Positions 49,505 through 63,178 of a stretch of DNA of 64,000 bases are shown piece after piece. This DNA comes from Nemertoderma westbladi (lineage: Eukaryota > Animalia > Xenacoelomorpha), in assembly GCA_032718475.1 (NCBI GenBank), contig JAUCBJ010000145.1, forward strand, positions 1 to 64,000, in the 5' to 3' direction. Under the pieces are notes generated by a model. The model had not been told where the DNA came from, searched no databases, and saw only the letters and a program-made list of their open reading frames with translations. Made by a program: the position numbers and the translations under genes. Each line of letters starts with the position of its first letter. The first letter of the stretch is position 1.

Positions 49505-51500
49505 CTTGAATTTAAACAAGTCTGCAGGACCCGATGGTCTTCGCAGTCGTGTACTGAAAGAACTACGTAGCAAGCGTCATTGCATACCCTCGTAAATGTA
49601 TCTTCGAATTATCTTTCGAGTCAGGTGAAATCCCCCCTGATTGGCTAGAGGGAATCGTTTCCCCAATTCTCAAAAAACAACCAAAGTGCTTACCAGAGAA
49701 CTATCGTCCAGTTTCATTAACATGCATCATCGTCAAAGTCCTCGAAAAGTTTATACGCAATCCCATTGTGTCACACTCTGAAGGTCACCAATTGTTTGCG
49801 GATGCCCAACATGGTGGTGGATCATATAGGTCAACAGTAACCCAATTGTTAGAGGTATTTGATATATATTGATGTATATATTGATATATATTGATGACCC
49901 TGAAGTTAAAGGTGCGGATGTCATTTACCTTGATCTTCGAAGGGCATTCGACACTGTCTGACTGTATCACACAGACTCCTAATGCACAAGCTACGGTACT
50001 GTATATGGTTATGGTGTACAGTAAGAGGTAAACTCGTGACATGGTTAAATAATTTCTTGACCAATAGAACACGTTCGTGGGGACTTCGCGCAGCACGTAG
50101 TCGGCAAGCCTTGGCATACGGTTCATATAGAGCAAATGGGGCATGTCTAGTTTGGACCCCATATCCCATGCTATAAATGTATTCATTCGATATACAATCA
50201 TATGTTAATCCGCTAGGTGGTGTCAAATTGTTATTCTGCAATTTCGTACTTACCAGTGCACCACTGTACAGCAGTACCGTACCGGTAGGCCTATGTCATT
50301 ACTTCTGAGTCTCTAGCGGATCCCCAATTAAATGTCTTAACTTTTCAATTTCGTAAAAGATAGACTTCATGATTCTCTACAGGCCATCAAAATTTCAGCT
50401 CAGGAAAATGAGGCCTTCCCGAGAAATTTAACATTTTCTAAAAACCACATAATCTGTCGTAGCTGACGTCAGACTGCATGATTTTTCACCAAACTTTACA
50501 AACTTTCTAAACTTTCTCTCTACTACTTACCTACTAAGTTTGGTTCAATTCCGAACGAGCGATGCCGATAAATTCGCGTTCAAACATTTACCAGACAGAC
50601 AGACGGACAGACAGACAGACGGACAGACAGACGGACATGCCCCATTTGCCCTATATGAACCGTATGCAAAGGCTCGCCGACTACGTGTCTCGCCCCACAC
50701 AACGTGTTCGTGTTGGAGATTCTAAGTGAGCCAGTAGTGGGGTCCCACAAGGAACAGTTACTGCAGCGATCCTCTTTCTCGCATTTGTCAACGATGTTCC
50801 TGGTATATTGTTCCAATCGTTTGAACCCCCAAATCAACAGCGCAAAGTGTAAGGTGATGCACCTGGGGTATAGGAACAAATAATCTACTTACTACTGTAC
50901 ATATATGAATGGCCAGCCACTGTCGACAGTTTCAGAAGAGAGGGACCTGCGGGCATCACTTTCACCTCCGATAGGTCATTTTCAACTCACTGTTCCCAGA
51001 CAGCAGCCCGTGCTATGCGTGTACAGTAGTTCACCTTATCCGACGAACTTTCACCTACTTGGAACCCTCCATGTTCACCATACTGTATAAGTCGCTTGTC
51101 CGCCCACTCCTGGAGTATGGTACTGTGGTTTGGTCTCCATTTCTTCAGCGCGACATTGATAATCTCGAGAAATTCCAACACAGAGCTAATAGACTCATCC
51201 CATCCATACGAGATCTACCCTATGAGGACCGGCTGAAGTCGCTTAAGCTTCCCCCACTAATAAATCGTAGAATTCGTGCAGATCGGCAATACAAATTTAT
51301 TCATGGAATCGACATTATAGATCGCTGTAACCTCTTTCAGTTTATTAGTGAACTACATAATTATAGAACACGTGGCTCATCGCTCGCTCTGTATAAACGA
51401 TCCGGCTCTAGATCACTACGCAGGTGTACAGTAATAACTTTGCAGATCGCGTCGTGAATACATGGAACCTCCTTTCAGAGTCAGTAGTGAGTCAGCGCGG
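49505..51500 (+). mobile_element. Decayed CR1-like LINE ORF2, interrupted at 50068-50697
   Basis: NKSAGPDG, ENYRPVSLTCIIVKVLEK, YLDLRRAFDTV, KCKVMHLG, LYKSLVRPLLEYGTVVWSP, RVVNTWN. Confidence 0.9.
50068..50697. mobile_element. Helentron-associated/MITE-like element with (GACA)n, inserted in the CR1
   Basis: Subterminal inverted repeats (50095-50147 vs 50634-50686). Removing it restores LTNRTQRVRVG. Confidence 0.8.
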
Positions 51501-53144
51501 GACATAAACGGTATCTCTTGTCTGATATGTTTGAAACAAGACTTGGCAGTGAAATGGCCACAAAATTAAATATTTTCAGTGATTCACCAGTGAGACAGGT
51601 AGCCATTGCGAATTCCACCCTCCAACGCTACTTATGTTAATTTAACTTCTGTATAACTAACTATGCATTGCTATGGTTTTTATTTATTTTATTTAATTTA
51701 CTTTGTATCCACTGTAACTATTGTTTGTGACTGTTGTTTGTGACGTGTACATATTTTTAATTTTATATTTAAAGATCCGTTTTTAGTTATATTTTTGCCC
51801 TAATTATGTGTTTTAAATTTAAATTATCCCCAAGTATATGGAATACCAAACTAATTATCGCCGCATTCAAGTATTATACTTTATATTGAATATCTTTAAA
51901 TACTGTACCTGTCATGTATAAATATGTGTTTCATCACTTCGGCACATCGCAGATCGCCCGAAACACGAGATGACAACTACAACTGGAATTCCAAACAAAC
52001 CAACATTCTACTGGGACTCAGATTGCTTTTACCCATCGTTTGAACTTCTTCCATAGGCTAAACCATAAGTAAACACGGACACCGACCTCCGCTCGTAGGC
52101 ATCGTTAACTCTGTGATTCGTGGACACTTTTGGAGACGCTATCCGAACTTTTACCATACATATGGACGTAGTTCCGGTTTACTGTGTTGTCCACATCCAT
52201 GACGCTTGCCAGAAATTGATCACTCTTCTCCTCCTGGAGGTTGGACACTGGAAAATTAATCTGAATAATAATATAGATAAATAAATTAAAGATACAATAA
52301 ATAAAGCATAATAAAGATGTAATAAAGAATACAGTCTACCTTACCCAAACGCCACTCAAACGGCATTCTAACAAACGCAAACTCTACCCAAACGACAGTC
52401 TAACATACCCAAAATGGTACTGCTACCTTACCCAAACGCCACCCAAACGGCAGTCTACCTTACTCAAACGCTATATTACACAAAAGCCACCCTACCCTAC
52501 AAACGGCAGTCTACCTTACCAAAACGGCAGTGCTACCTTACCTAAACGCCACACAAACGGCAGTCCACCTTACCCAAACGCCACCCAAACGGCAGTCTAC
52601 CTTACTCAAACGCCACTCAAACGTCATTTTAACATACCCAACCGCCACCCAAACGGCATTCTAACATTTCCCAAACGCCACCCAAACGGCATTCTAACAT
52701 ACCAAAACGCAACTCAAACGGCATTCTAACATACCCAAATGTCACCCAAACGACAGTCTACCTTACCCAAACGCCACCCAAACAGCATTCTAACATACCC
52801 AAACGCCACACAAACGCCATTCTAACAAGCCCAAACGCCACCCAAACGGAATTCTACTTTACCCAAACTCCACCCAAACGACAGCCTACCTTACCCAAAC
52901 GGCATTCTAACATACCCAAACTCCATTCAAACGGCATTCTACCTTACCCAAACGCCACCCAAACGGCATTCAAACATACCCAAACGCCAAACAAACGCCA
53001 TTCTAACAAACCCAAACGCCACCCAAACGGAACTCTACCTTACCCAAACGACAGCCTACCTTACCCAAACGGCATTCTAACATACCCAAACTCCATTCAA
53101 ACGGCATTCTACCTTACCCTAAACGCCACTCAAACGGCATTCTA

Positions 53145-54283
53145 CAGTCTTGTTCACAATTAAAATCCATTCTTCAATCTGCATCAATCCGAATCAATCT
53201 ACTCTCGTAGAAAAATAATAGTTAGATTGATGAAATTGAACCTACGTTCAACTTCTTCAATCCAGACTTTCTGTCTAGATTGATCAGATTTAACAGATTG
53301 AAAATGTAGAGCCGAAGTATCCCTCTGTGCAGAGATGCCATGGGTTAGTATAGGGCAGTGTAGGGCAGGGGAATAAAGAGCAGGGCGGCTAGGCGGGTAG
53401 ACTAAGCTCAAAGAGCATGGCGGCTGCATCAAACAACTATAGGCCAGGCTACTAATGGGATCCCGCAAAGCCTTAGATTGATTGACAGGCACTGTAACAA
53501 TACAGTTGGTGTGTGTGTGGTGTTCTACTGAATTGCGGTAGGGTACTGTAGAATACTGTAGTTAAATTCCTCGTTTCCAGTTGCAGTCTATACAATGTAC
53601 TGTAGATTATTTTACTTGGCTAACCGCACTATTCCCTGCATTAAATATTACAATAAACGAATAAACCCCTGGAAAAATGCTTGGTAGAATGTATCGTTCT
53701 GTATAAATATTTTTTCAATAAATAATTGTTTATAATTAAATATATTTATGTTAATTATTATTCAATTATTTAATTTAAATATACAAATAAAAGCATGCAA
53801 ATAACACAACAAGGAATGAATAAATATAATCATAATCATTAGATCATTATAATGCAATCTCTTATATACAATATTTAATGTGCTGCATGTCCCTTAGATA
53901 GTTTATGTTTAGAAAAACCGTTCGTTATCGCTTTAGCCGCTTTAGATATTTTAAACGTTTTTATTTTTAAATAGTACATTTATTTGCTATACCATGTTAA
54001 ATGTAATCAGTTAGTAAACATTTAATTTGTAATATACTGTAAATAATGCTTACTAAAATACATTTACTTTATTGGCTTGCAAGTGCCCCATAATTTATCT
54101 GATCCCTGCATTAATCTACTCATTCAAATCAACAAACAGCTTTACTTTGTGGAGCCAACCACGACCGTCTGTCAATCACTCAGTAGGCTAGAAACTTGCG
54201 GTGCCATGAAAGAGTTTTACAGATTGAGGAAATTGAACAGATTGAACAGATTGAAGAATGGACTTTAATTGAGAACACAACTG
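53145..54283. mobile_element. Tc1/mariner-type non-autonomous element
   Basis: TA|CAGTCTTGTTCACAATTAAAATCCATTCTTCAATCTG ... CAGATTGAAGAATGGACTTTAATTGAGAACACAACTG|TA. Removal restores GGCATTCTAACATACCC. Confidence 0.85.
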
Positions 54284-54475
54284 TAACATACCCAAACGCC
54301 ACCCAAACGACATTCTACCTTACCCAAACGCCACCCAAACGTCATTCTAACATACCCAAACGCCACACAAACGCCATTCTAACAAACCCAAACGCCACCC
54401 AAACGGAATTCTACCTTACCCAAACGACATACCCAAACGGCATTCTAACATACTCAAAATCCATTCAAACGGCAT

Positions 54476-56579
54476 CCCTGCAAACAATGTATGGTTAAAA
54501 AGCTGTTATTAAAATGTTATTTAATGACATAGATAACATTATTTCAAATTGTTAGATTAATGATAAAAAAACTGTAAATTGGCCAAGAAATATGACGTTA
54601 TATACTAACGTTATTATTTCGTTTTTAATAACATTAAAATAACAAAGCCAGGATGGTTACATATATCATTACTTTTATGTTATTCCTTATCATTATTATT
54701 GTATTTTTATTGACATTAAAATAACAACGGCATAATGTTTATTTAGATCGTTACTTTTATGTTATTTCTTAACATAAAAATATTGTTTGCTAAAAACGTA
54801 ACATTATACGTGCATTTAAGCCCTTCTAATTGGTTTTATGGTTGGTTCGCTTGCTCAAACTAATAATCCCCCTCCATTGCCGTTCTTTATATCGTTCTTT
54901 ATAATTGCCAAAACCTTTATTGAATAATTAATTAATAATTTCCCTACGCATGTTGATATGGTAGTGGCAGGCTACAATCTCTAACACAGTTTGATTGAAT
55001 ACAATTTTGTTGTAGGAAATTGTATGCAAATTAATAACAATTAAAACGTTTAACATGAATTGAATTTTTTGTATAATGACCAGTCAGGATCAAATAATGA
55101 AATAAACAGCAAAATCAAAGTAAAATATCACAGAATAAGTAAAACAAATATATGGCTGTATGGCCCATTACGTAAATGGTTTTGATATTTCGGTTAAATT
55201 TAATCACAGACTTAAAAAGAATATGTTTATGACGTAATAATAAGTGACAACAACGTAATGAATTGCATTGAGTTAATATTATTCACTAGATTTATAGATC
55301 TGATTTGTAGTCTATATAAAATAATGTACAAATAGTGGGTTTAATAAATAATACCTCACAACAATGTTAAATTATTAAAAGGAGCAGTTTACAGTTGGCT
55401 ACAGAGGCACATTATTATATCATACGGGTAAATAAAAAAAACAGGTTACAGATTTATTTCTATGAGAGTAATCAGTACTTATTTGAATCGATATCTCCCT
55501 GGAGAGGGATGATTTTGATTGCATCGCAAATCCACCCTATCTGAACATTATAGCTGAGTGAGCTTCATTTATTAAACTGTAAAAATAAATCAATAGGCCT
55601 AGGCCCTACAAAAGTACAATCTAAAAACTGAAACAATAAATAGTTCGTAATAACAGTTAATGTGAAGTTTTCAAATCGAAACGAAAGTTTTGTAGTAATG
55701 TTGTCCCTGTGCCCTGCCCCTTCAACTGAAAACTGGGACCTCCCAATAATTAGAATTCCAATCTTTAGTCCTCGGCTGTTGAAATCCACCATCAGTACAG
55801 ACAAATAAGTCAATCCTCCACCTGTCAGTGCTGGTTTAAGGGGATTTCCTGGTCCTGGCAGACTTGAATTCTGTAATTGGTAGGTCTAATGCAGTAATGT
55901 GTGAATCCAGAGGGTATACTGGTATAGGCGAACTCGCATTCAGGTAGATATGTTTAATTTATGAGTTCAGGTTAAATAAATCACAAAACCAAAACTATAA
56001 AACCAAAAATATAAGCTACTGTACAGTGCAGTAGGCCTGCAGTAACTACACTACAGCACTACTGTAATATAGATATAGGCCTTGCAGTACAGCAGTATAA
56101 CAATACATATACACAATAAACATTGAATACAGGCATGCCAGAATGAGTATTGTACAACATACCATACTGTATACCATTTACATGTGGAAAATTCCTCCAT
56201 TACCGCGAATTTTAAAATTAGCCAATCATCAATCTCAGATTAGATAATAGAAGTGACAGCGTCTATCGCATAATGTTTATTTTATGTGACAAAATAACAT
56301 TGTTCTGATATGTAACAAACCATGTTCTTAAAATGTTAGAACTAAACACTTATAAAACATTTTTGACTAATGTTTATGTTCTCACATTAAAATTACGTTT
56401 TTTTAACATCAACAGTTATCATTTATTTAATGTCTGACAAAGACATTATAGAGTAATGTTAAAATAACATATATTGAACATCTAAATATTCTATCAAACA
56501 AGGGAATAACATTTATCAACATTTATAACAAATTAATGATGTTTTTCTGACATTCCTTGAAAGTAAATTGTTTGCAGGG
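54476..56579. mobile_element. EnSpm/CMC-type non-autonomous element
   Basis: AT|CCCTGCAAACAAT ... ATTGTTTGCAGGG|AT, a 2-bp TSD. Removal restores GGCATTCTACCTTA. Confidence 0.85.
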
Positions 56580-57216
56580 ATTCTACCTTACCCAAACGCC
56601 ACTCAAACGGCATTCTAACATACCCAAACGCCACTCAAACGGCATTCTACCTTACCCAAACTCCACTCAAAGTCTAACATACCCCCACACGCCAAAAGTT
56701 TTTGCCTTTTCCAAAGCAATACCTAAACGTTATAACGTTTATTGTTTTGGTTAGAAAAGCCGGCCCACTCAGCCACTTACTGATGTAACCTGATCCTTCA
56801 CTTTAATTATAAGAATCGGTAATAGGCTTGTCGGCAGTCGGTGTAACGTTTACAACCGCAATTGTGTTAACATTTCAGTGGCCGACAGTTTACAGTCGGA
56901 CAGTAAGCTATTCTACATACCGGTAGTCTGGTAGTGGTACTGTTTTTGGTAGGCAGGTAGGTACAGAGGTACCGGTACTGGTTAATTTCACCGTTTATCA
57001 ACTGACTCACTGATTTAGGGTGATAGGGAGTACCGGTACCCTAATTGGCCAGGCTGCATATACAACCATCCGGCCATCTCCCCACATTCCCATCCACCCA
57101 CGACCCACCTTCAGACCTTATCACAGTATCATCTTCCCACACAGCCACATGCGCCGCCCATCCACTGATCCAGGGCATCCAGCCACATTCCCATAAGTTC
57201 ATCCACCCACTTTCCC

Positions 57217-57867
57217 GGGTAACAGACCGAACGTAATCAGGATCGAATGTAACATAGTTTTTATGAATCGAGCGTAACCTCAATTTGTTACATTGGATCC
57301 TATAACTATGTTACCGGTACATTCGATCTACAAATGACTAAGCTCGAATGTAACATACATTTATCTGTTTATTTCAGTTTTGTTTTGATTTCAGTAGTTA
57401 ACCTATGAAATGCTTCGTTTATTTACAGGAAGAATGAGTTTGGTGTTGGTGAGTACAAAACAAAGCACAAAGACCCAATTAAGTAACCTGCATAATCTTT
57501 TAACATGTGTTAACTTCCGTTTATTGTTTTGGTCCCCCCAACACGCTTCTGTAACCTGCTCCTTTCAGCCTTTGCATAAAAGTAACCTGTATATCTTGTA
57601 CAGTAACATATTTTAACTTTCGTTTATTGTTTTGGTTCCCCCAACACGCCTCTGTCTATCTGTAACCTGCTCCTTTAAATCTGTAAATGGCAATGTTACT
57701 TTCGGGCGTAGTCTGTTAGTACGGTACAGTAGTAATTTGTAGATCAAATGTAACATAGTTAATGTTATATCTATAGGATCCAATGTAACATAATTGCGGT
57801 TACGTTCGAGGTTCGATACATAATAACTATGTTACATTCGATCCTGATTACGTTCGGTCATGTATCC
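57217..57867. mobile_element. Mutator-like MITE, second copy of 27308-27925
   Basis: Same TIRs and interior; degenerate TSD CACTTTCCC/CACATCCC. Confidence 0.85.
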
Positions 57868-59150
57868 CACATCCCGCCCGACCCACCCGCCCACCTTACT
57901 AACTGTCCGACTGACTGCTCAATAGATCACCCCCCCCCCCCCCCCAAAAAAAAAAAATAATAATAAAGGACTTCGCTCTGCACGGGCTGACGGGAAAGTG
58001 CGAAAGTTCCCTATGATATTGAATGGGCCAAATTCCTTTCCATTTTCGCTGGGAAATGGAACCCTGTGAAACTTCACATGTGCTGGGCAGGCGCATTTAC
58101 ATACACTGATTACAAATACTGTACCGGTACGTCCGTGTTTTATCCTGAGTCACCATTTTGGTTTTATTGGCGTTATAAAACTCGAAACATACTGTATTCG
58201 TTTCGTACCTTGTTAATATACTGATATAAGTAGTATAAACTACCGGTAATAGTATAAACCACAGCGACAATACTACTGTACTAAGGCGGAACTAGTGTCA
58301 GATCAGATGAGGACAGATGTTTTAGCCGTCCTACTTTAAAACGACTTTTAGTCGGAAAAAAAATACCCACCCCATATTTTTTATTCAATTTTTTTTAATC
58401 ATGCAACAGTTCAGTATCAGTACAGTGGGTGACAGACCGAACGTAATGCTGCCCTGTGTGAATGGTACTGTCAGACTGAGGCACTGAGCTGATCTATGTA
58501 GCAATACTTCAATAAAAGTACATGTTACTGGCTGACTGGTACGGGCAGACGCGTATGACTACGAATAACATTTAATTATAAGGCTACACTGAGTACCAAT
58601 ACTGATTTACAAAACAATAGGAGATAGCACTGATAGGGTTAACCCTACACACCTAGTCACTCATCACTGTTCACTGACACAAATGAAATCAATCAATTCA
58701 GTAGGGGAGGTTGTATAACAGTATAAAATGAATACTAATACTACCGGTAAGAGAAAAACTAGATAATGTTGATTATAGTGCCTTAAAAATTCAACTACTA
58801 CTACTGACTACTGTCAGACTGTAGATCGTGTACATACTGCAGTACTGACATAGATTTACTTTGAATGATTTACTTAGTGTGCGCGTTTTTTCGGTGCAAG
58901 ACTGCAAGCGCGGACGCGGTATATTGAATTAACCAACATTCTGCGTGTCTCACATTGATTTATTAAGCTAAGACTAACTAACTTCAGAACTTTTGTTTGT
59001 GGGATTCTGGCAAATACATTTAGGCCTACCTGCAGACCTGTCTGCCTTTGATAATAATTTGAAGCTATTAATATAATATCAATAATTGATATACCGGTAC
59101 TTAATAAGCAGAACCTATTATTAATTGGGAAGTTTGGTGGTTGATTAGTG

Positions 59151-59992
59151 ATGACTTCTCAACATCCTCATGGCATTCGTCAGTATGAAGTTGAACAAAT
59201 ATGGGGCGATCTTAAAACCGGTATCGACCATATATACCAAAAAGAAAATATGCTCCCAGCGAGGTACATGGAGTTGTACACCCATGTATATAACTATTGC
59301 ACCACTGTTACCTGCATAACTGGTAAATCGGGGGAAGATTCTGGCAAAGGTAGCAGGAGTTCAAGAAAAGGCCATCATCGCGGACATGTAAGTTTGCCGA
59401 CCACGTCTGGTGTATCAGCTGGCGGGGGTGCTCAATTTGTAGGGCTGGAGTTGTATAAGAAACTACGTGATTACCTAAAAACCTACATCAATAAGCTGCG
59501 TAATAGAGCACCGGTTACTCTAGCTGAATATGGTATACTTCAGTTTTATACAGAAACGTGGGAGGATTTCCGGTTCTCCTCAAAGGTTCTGAATGGGATC
59601 TGTCAGTATTTGAATCGTCACTGGGTCAAACGAGAATGCGATGAAGGGCGCAAAGGAATCTATGAAATATACAACCTTGCTTTGGTTACTTGGCGGGAGG
59701 TGCTCTTTAAACCACTGAATGCATCCGTAACCAAGTCTATTTTGCAGCTGATAGAACGGGAACGTCGTTCAGAGGCAGTCAATACCCGTCTCATACAGGG
59801 TGTTATTGAATCTTACGTTGAATTAGGGCTCAATGAGGATGATCCCTCCGCAAAGGGCCCAACACTTTCTGTTTATAAGGAGGCCTTTGAGAACGACTTC
59901 CTCATGGAGACGGAGACATACTACCGTATCGAAAGCTCAAACTTTCTTAAAATCAACTCAGTCACGGAATACATGAAGAAAGCGAAACAGAG
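59151..59992 (+). CDS. CUL1: Cullin-1, first coding exon; the gene continues beyond the window
   Basis: [87 protein letters not shown]; donor AG|GTTAAT at 59993. Confidence 0.96.
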
Positions 59993-60114
59993 GTTAATAT
60001 TTTACTCAGTTTAATACATACATATATATATATACATACATACATCTATACACTTCAGTAAATATTTACCGCCGCCAGATTTTTCCAAAAACCAATAACT
60101 GCTTTTTGCCAGTG

Positions 60115-62828
60115 AACTATTATTAGCGATTGAACCCATGACCTACTAGTAACGATTGAACCCATGTTCTATTTTTAGCGATTGAACCCATGTTCTATTA
60201 TTATCGATTGAACCCATGTTCTATTTTTAGCGATTGAACCCATGTTCTATTATTAGCGATTGAACCCATGAACTATTATTAGCGATTGAACCCATGTTCT
60301 ATTATTAGCGATTGAACCCATGTTCTATTATTAGCGATTGAACCCATGTTCTATTATTAGCGATTGAACACATGTTCTATTAATAGCGATTGAACCCATG
60401 TTCTATTATTAACGATTGAACCCATGTTCTATTATTATCGATTGAACCCATGTTCTATTATTAGCGATTGAACTCATGTTCTTTTATTAGCGATTGAACT
60501 CATGTTCTATTATTAGCGATTGAACCCATGTTCTATTATTAGCGAGTGAACCCATGGTCTATTATTAGCGATTGAACCCATGAACTATTATTAGCGATTG
60601 AACCCATGTTCTATTATTATCGATTGAACCCATGTTCTATTATTAGCGATTAAACCCATGTTCTATTATTAGCGATTGAACTCATGTTCTTTTATTAGCG
60701 ATTGAACTCATGTTCTATTATTAGCGATTGAACCCATGTTCTATTATTAACGATTGAACCCATGTTCTATTATTATCGATTGAACCCATGTTCTATTATT
60801 AGCGATTGAACTCATGTTCTATTATTAGCGATTGAACCCATGTTCTATTATTAGCGATTGATCCCATGTTCTATTATTAGCGATTGAACACATGTTCTAT
60901 TATTAGCGATTGAACCCATGAACTATTATTAGCGATTGAACCCATGTTCTATTATTAGCGATTGAACCCATGAACTATTATTAGCGATTGAACCCATGTT
61001 CTATTATTAGCGATTGAACACATGTTCTATTATTAGCGATTGAACCCATGAACTATTATTAGCAATTGAACCCATGTTCTATTATTAGCGATTGAACCCA
61101 TGTTCTATTATTAGCGATTGATCCCATGTTCTATTATTAACGATTGAACCCATGTTCTATTATTAGCGATTGAACCCATGTTCTATTATTAGCGATTGAA
61201 CCCATGTTCTATTATTAGCGATTGAACCCATGTTCTATTATTAGCGATTGAACCCATGTTCTATTATTAGCGATTGAACACATGTTCTATTATTAGCGAT
61301 TGAACCCATGAACTATTATTAGCAATTGAACCCATGTTCTATTATTAGCGATTGAACCCATGTTCTATTATTAGCGATTGATCCCATGTTCTATTATTAA
61401 CGATTGAACCCATGTTCTATTATTAGCGATTGAACCCATGTTCTATTATTAGCGATTGAACCCATGTTCTATTATTAGCGATTGAACCCATGTTCTATTA
61501 TTAGCGATTGAACCCATGTTCTATTATTAACGATTGAACCCATGTTCTATTATTATCGATTGAACCCATGTTCTATCATTAGCGATTGAACTCATGTTCT
61601 TTTATTAGCGATTGAACTCATGAACTATTATTAGCGATTGAACCCATGTTCTATTATTATCGATTGAACCCATGTTCTATTATTAGCGATTAAACCCATG
61701 TTCTATTATTAGCGATTGAACCCATGCACTATTATTAGTGATTGAACCCATGATCTATTATTAGCGATTGAACCCATGAACTATTATTAGCGATTGAACC
61801 CATGACCTACTAGTAACGATTGAACCCATGTTCTATTTTTAGCGATTGAACCCATGTTCTATTATTAGCGATTGAACCCATGAACTATTATTAGCGATTG
61901 AACCCATGTTCTATTATTAGCGATTGATCCCATGTTCTATTATTTGCGATTGAACACATGTTCTATTATTAGCGATTGAACCCATGTTCTATTATTAGCG
62001 ATTGAACCCATGTTCTATTATTCGCAATCGATCCCATGTTCTATTATTAGCGATTGAACACATGTTCTATTATTAGCGATTGAACCCATGTTATATTATT
62101 AGCGATTGATCCCATGTTCTATTATTAGCGATTGAACCCATGTTCTATTATTAGCGATTGAACCCATGTTCTATTATTATCGATTGAACCCATGTTATAT
62201 TATTAGCGATTGAACCCATGTTCTATTATTAGCGATTGATCCCATGTTCTATTATTAGCGATTGAACCCATGAACTATTATTAGCGATTGAACCCATGAA
62301 CTATTATTAGCGATTGAACACATGTTCTATTATTAGCGATTGAACCCATGTTCTATTATTATCGATTGAACCCATGTTCTATTATTATCGATTGAACCCA
62401 TGTTCTATTATTAGCGATTGAACCCATGTTCTATTATTAGCAATTGAACCCATGTTCTATTATTAGCGATTGAACCCATTTTCTATTATTAGCGATTGAA
62501 CCCATGTTATATTATTAGCGATTGAACCCATGTTCTATTATTAGCGATTGAACCCATGATCTATTATTAGCGATTGAACCCATGTTCTATTATTAGCGAT
62601 TGAACCCATGTTCTATTATTAGCGATTGAACCCATGAACTATTATTAGCGATTGAACCCATGTTCTATTATTAGCGATTGAACCCATGAACTATTATTAG
62701 CGATTCAACCCATGAACTATTATTAGCGATTGAACCCCTGTTCTATTATTAGCGATTGAACCCATGTTCTATTATTAGCGATTGAACCCATGTTCTATTA
62801 TTGGCGATTGAACCCATGAACTATTATC
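60115..62828. repeat. 26-bp intronic satellite, roughly 100 copies
   Basis: Unit GCGATTGAACCCATGTTCTATTATTA. Confidence 0.98.
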
Positions 62829-63178
62829 TCCGTTCCGAGGCTGAGGCTGGGTGCCGAACACACCTTGGAAAATGCATTATACCTTGTCCTGTATCCTGTT
62901 ATTATCTTACCGGTACCCTACTTGACTCATGACAATCACTCAAAGTCGGAGTGGATACCTTGCAGGTTAAAATCTAAGCAAAGACAAGACGTGGGGGACT
63001 TCTATTGGGGTAGTAAAGATATGTATGTATTATGGTGTATTCTCCGTGGCGCCCTCCGTGCCTTACAGGTAACAGCCAAGTGAGAAGTGCCGTCAGCTTG
63101 CCTCCAGTGTTTCATGTTCACCATAACTTTACTTTTTTTTTACATAATTAATTAATACGTATAACAGATTATCATTGG

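Larger units (their letters stand above)
52335..56695. repeat. Degenerate ~31-bp satellite split into three blocks (52335-53144, 54284-54475, 56580-56695)
   Basis: Unit about CCCAAACGCCACCCAAACGGCATTCTA(ACATA/CCTTA). Confidence 0.9.

Noticed and set aside
60115-62828. CRISPR array or tRNA cluster
   Set aside because: No spacers, no A box and no cloverleaf.
62865-63083. Next CUL1 exon
   Set aside because: The translation does not resemble the expected continuation (LxEExxRVxxYLHxST).
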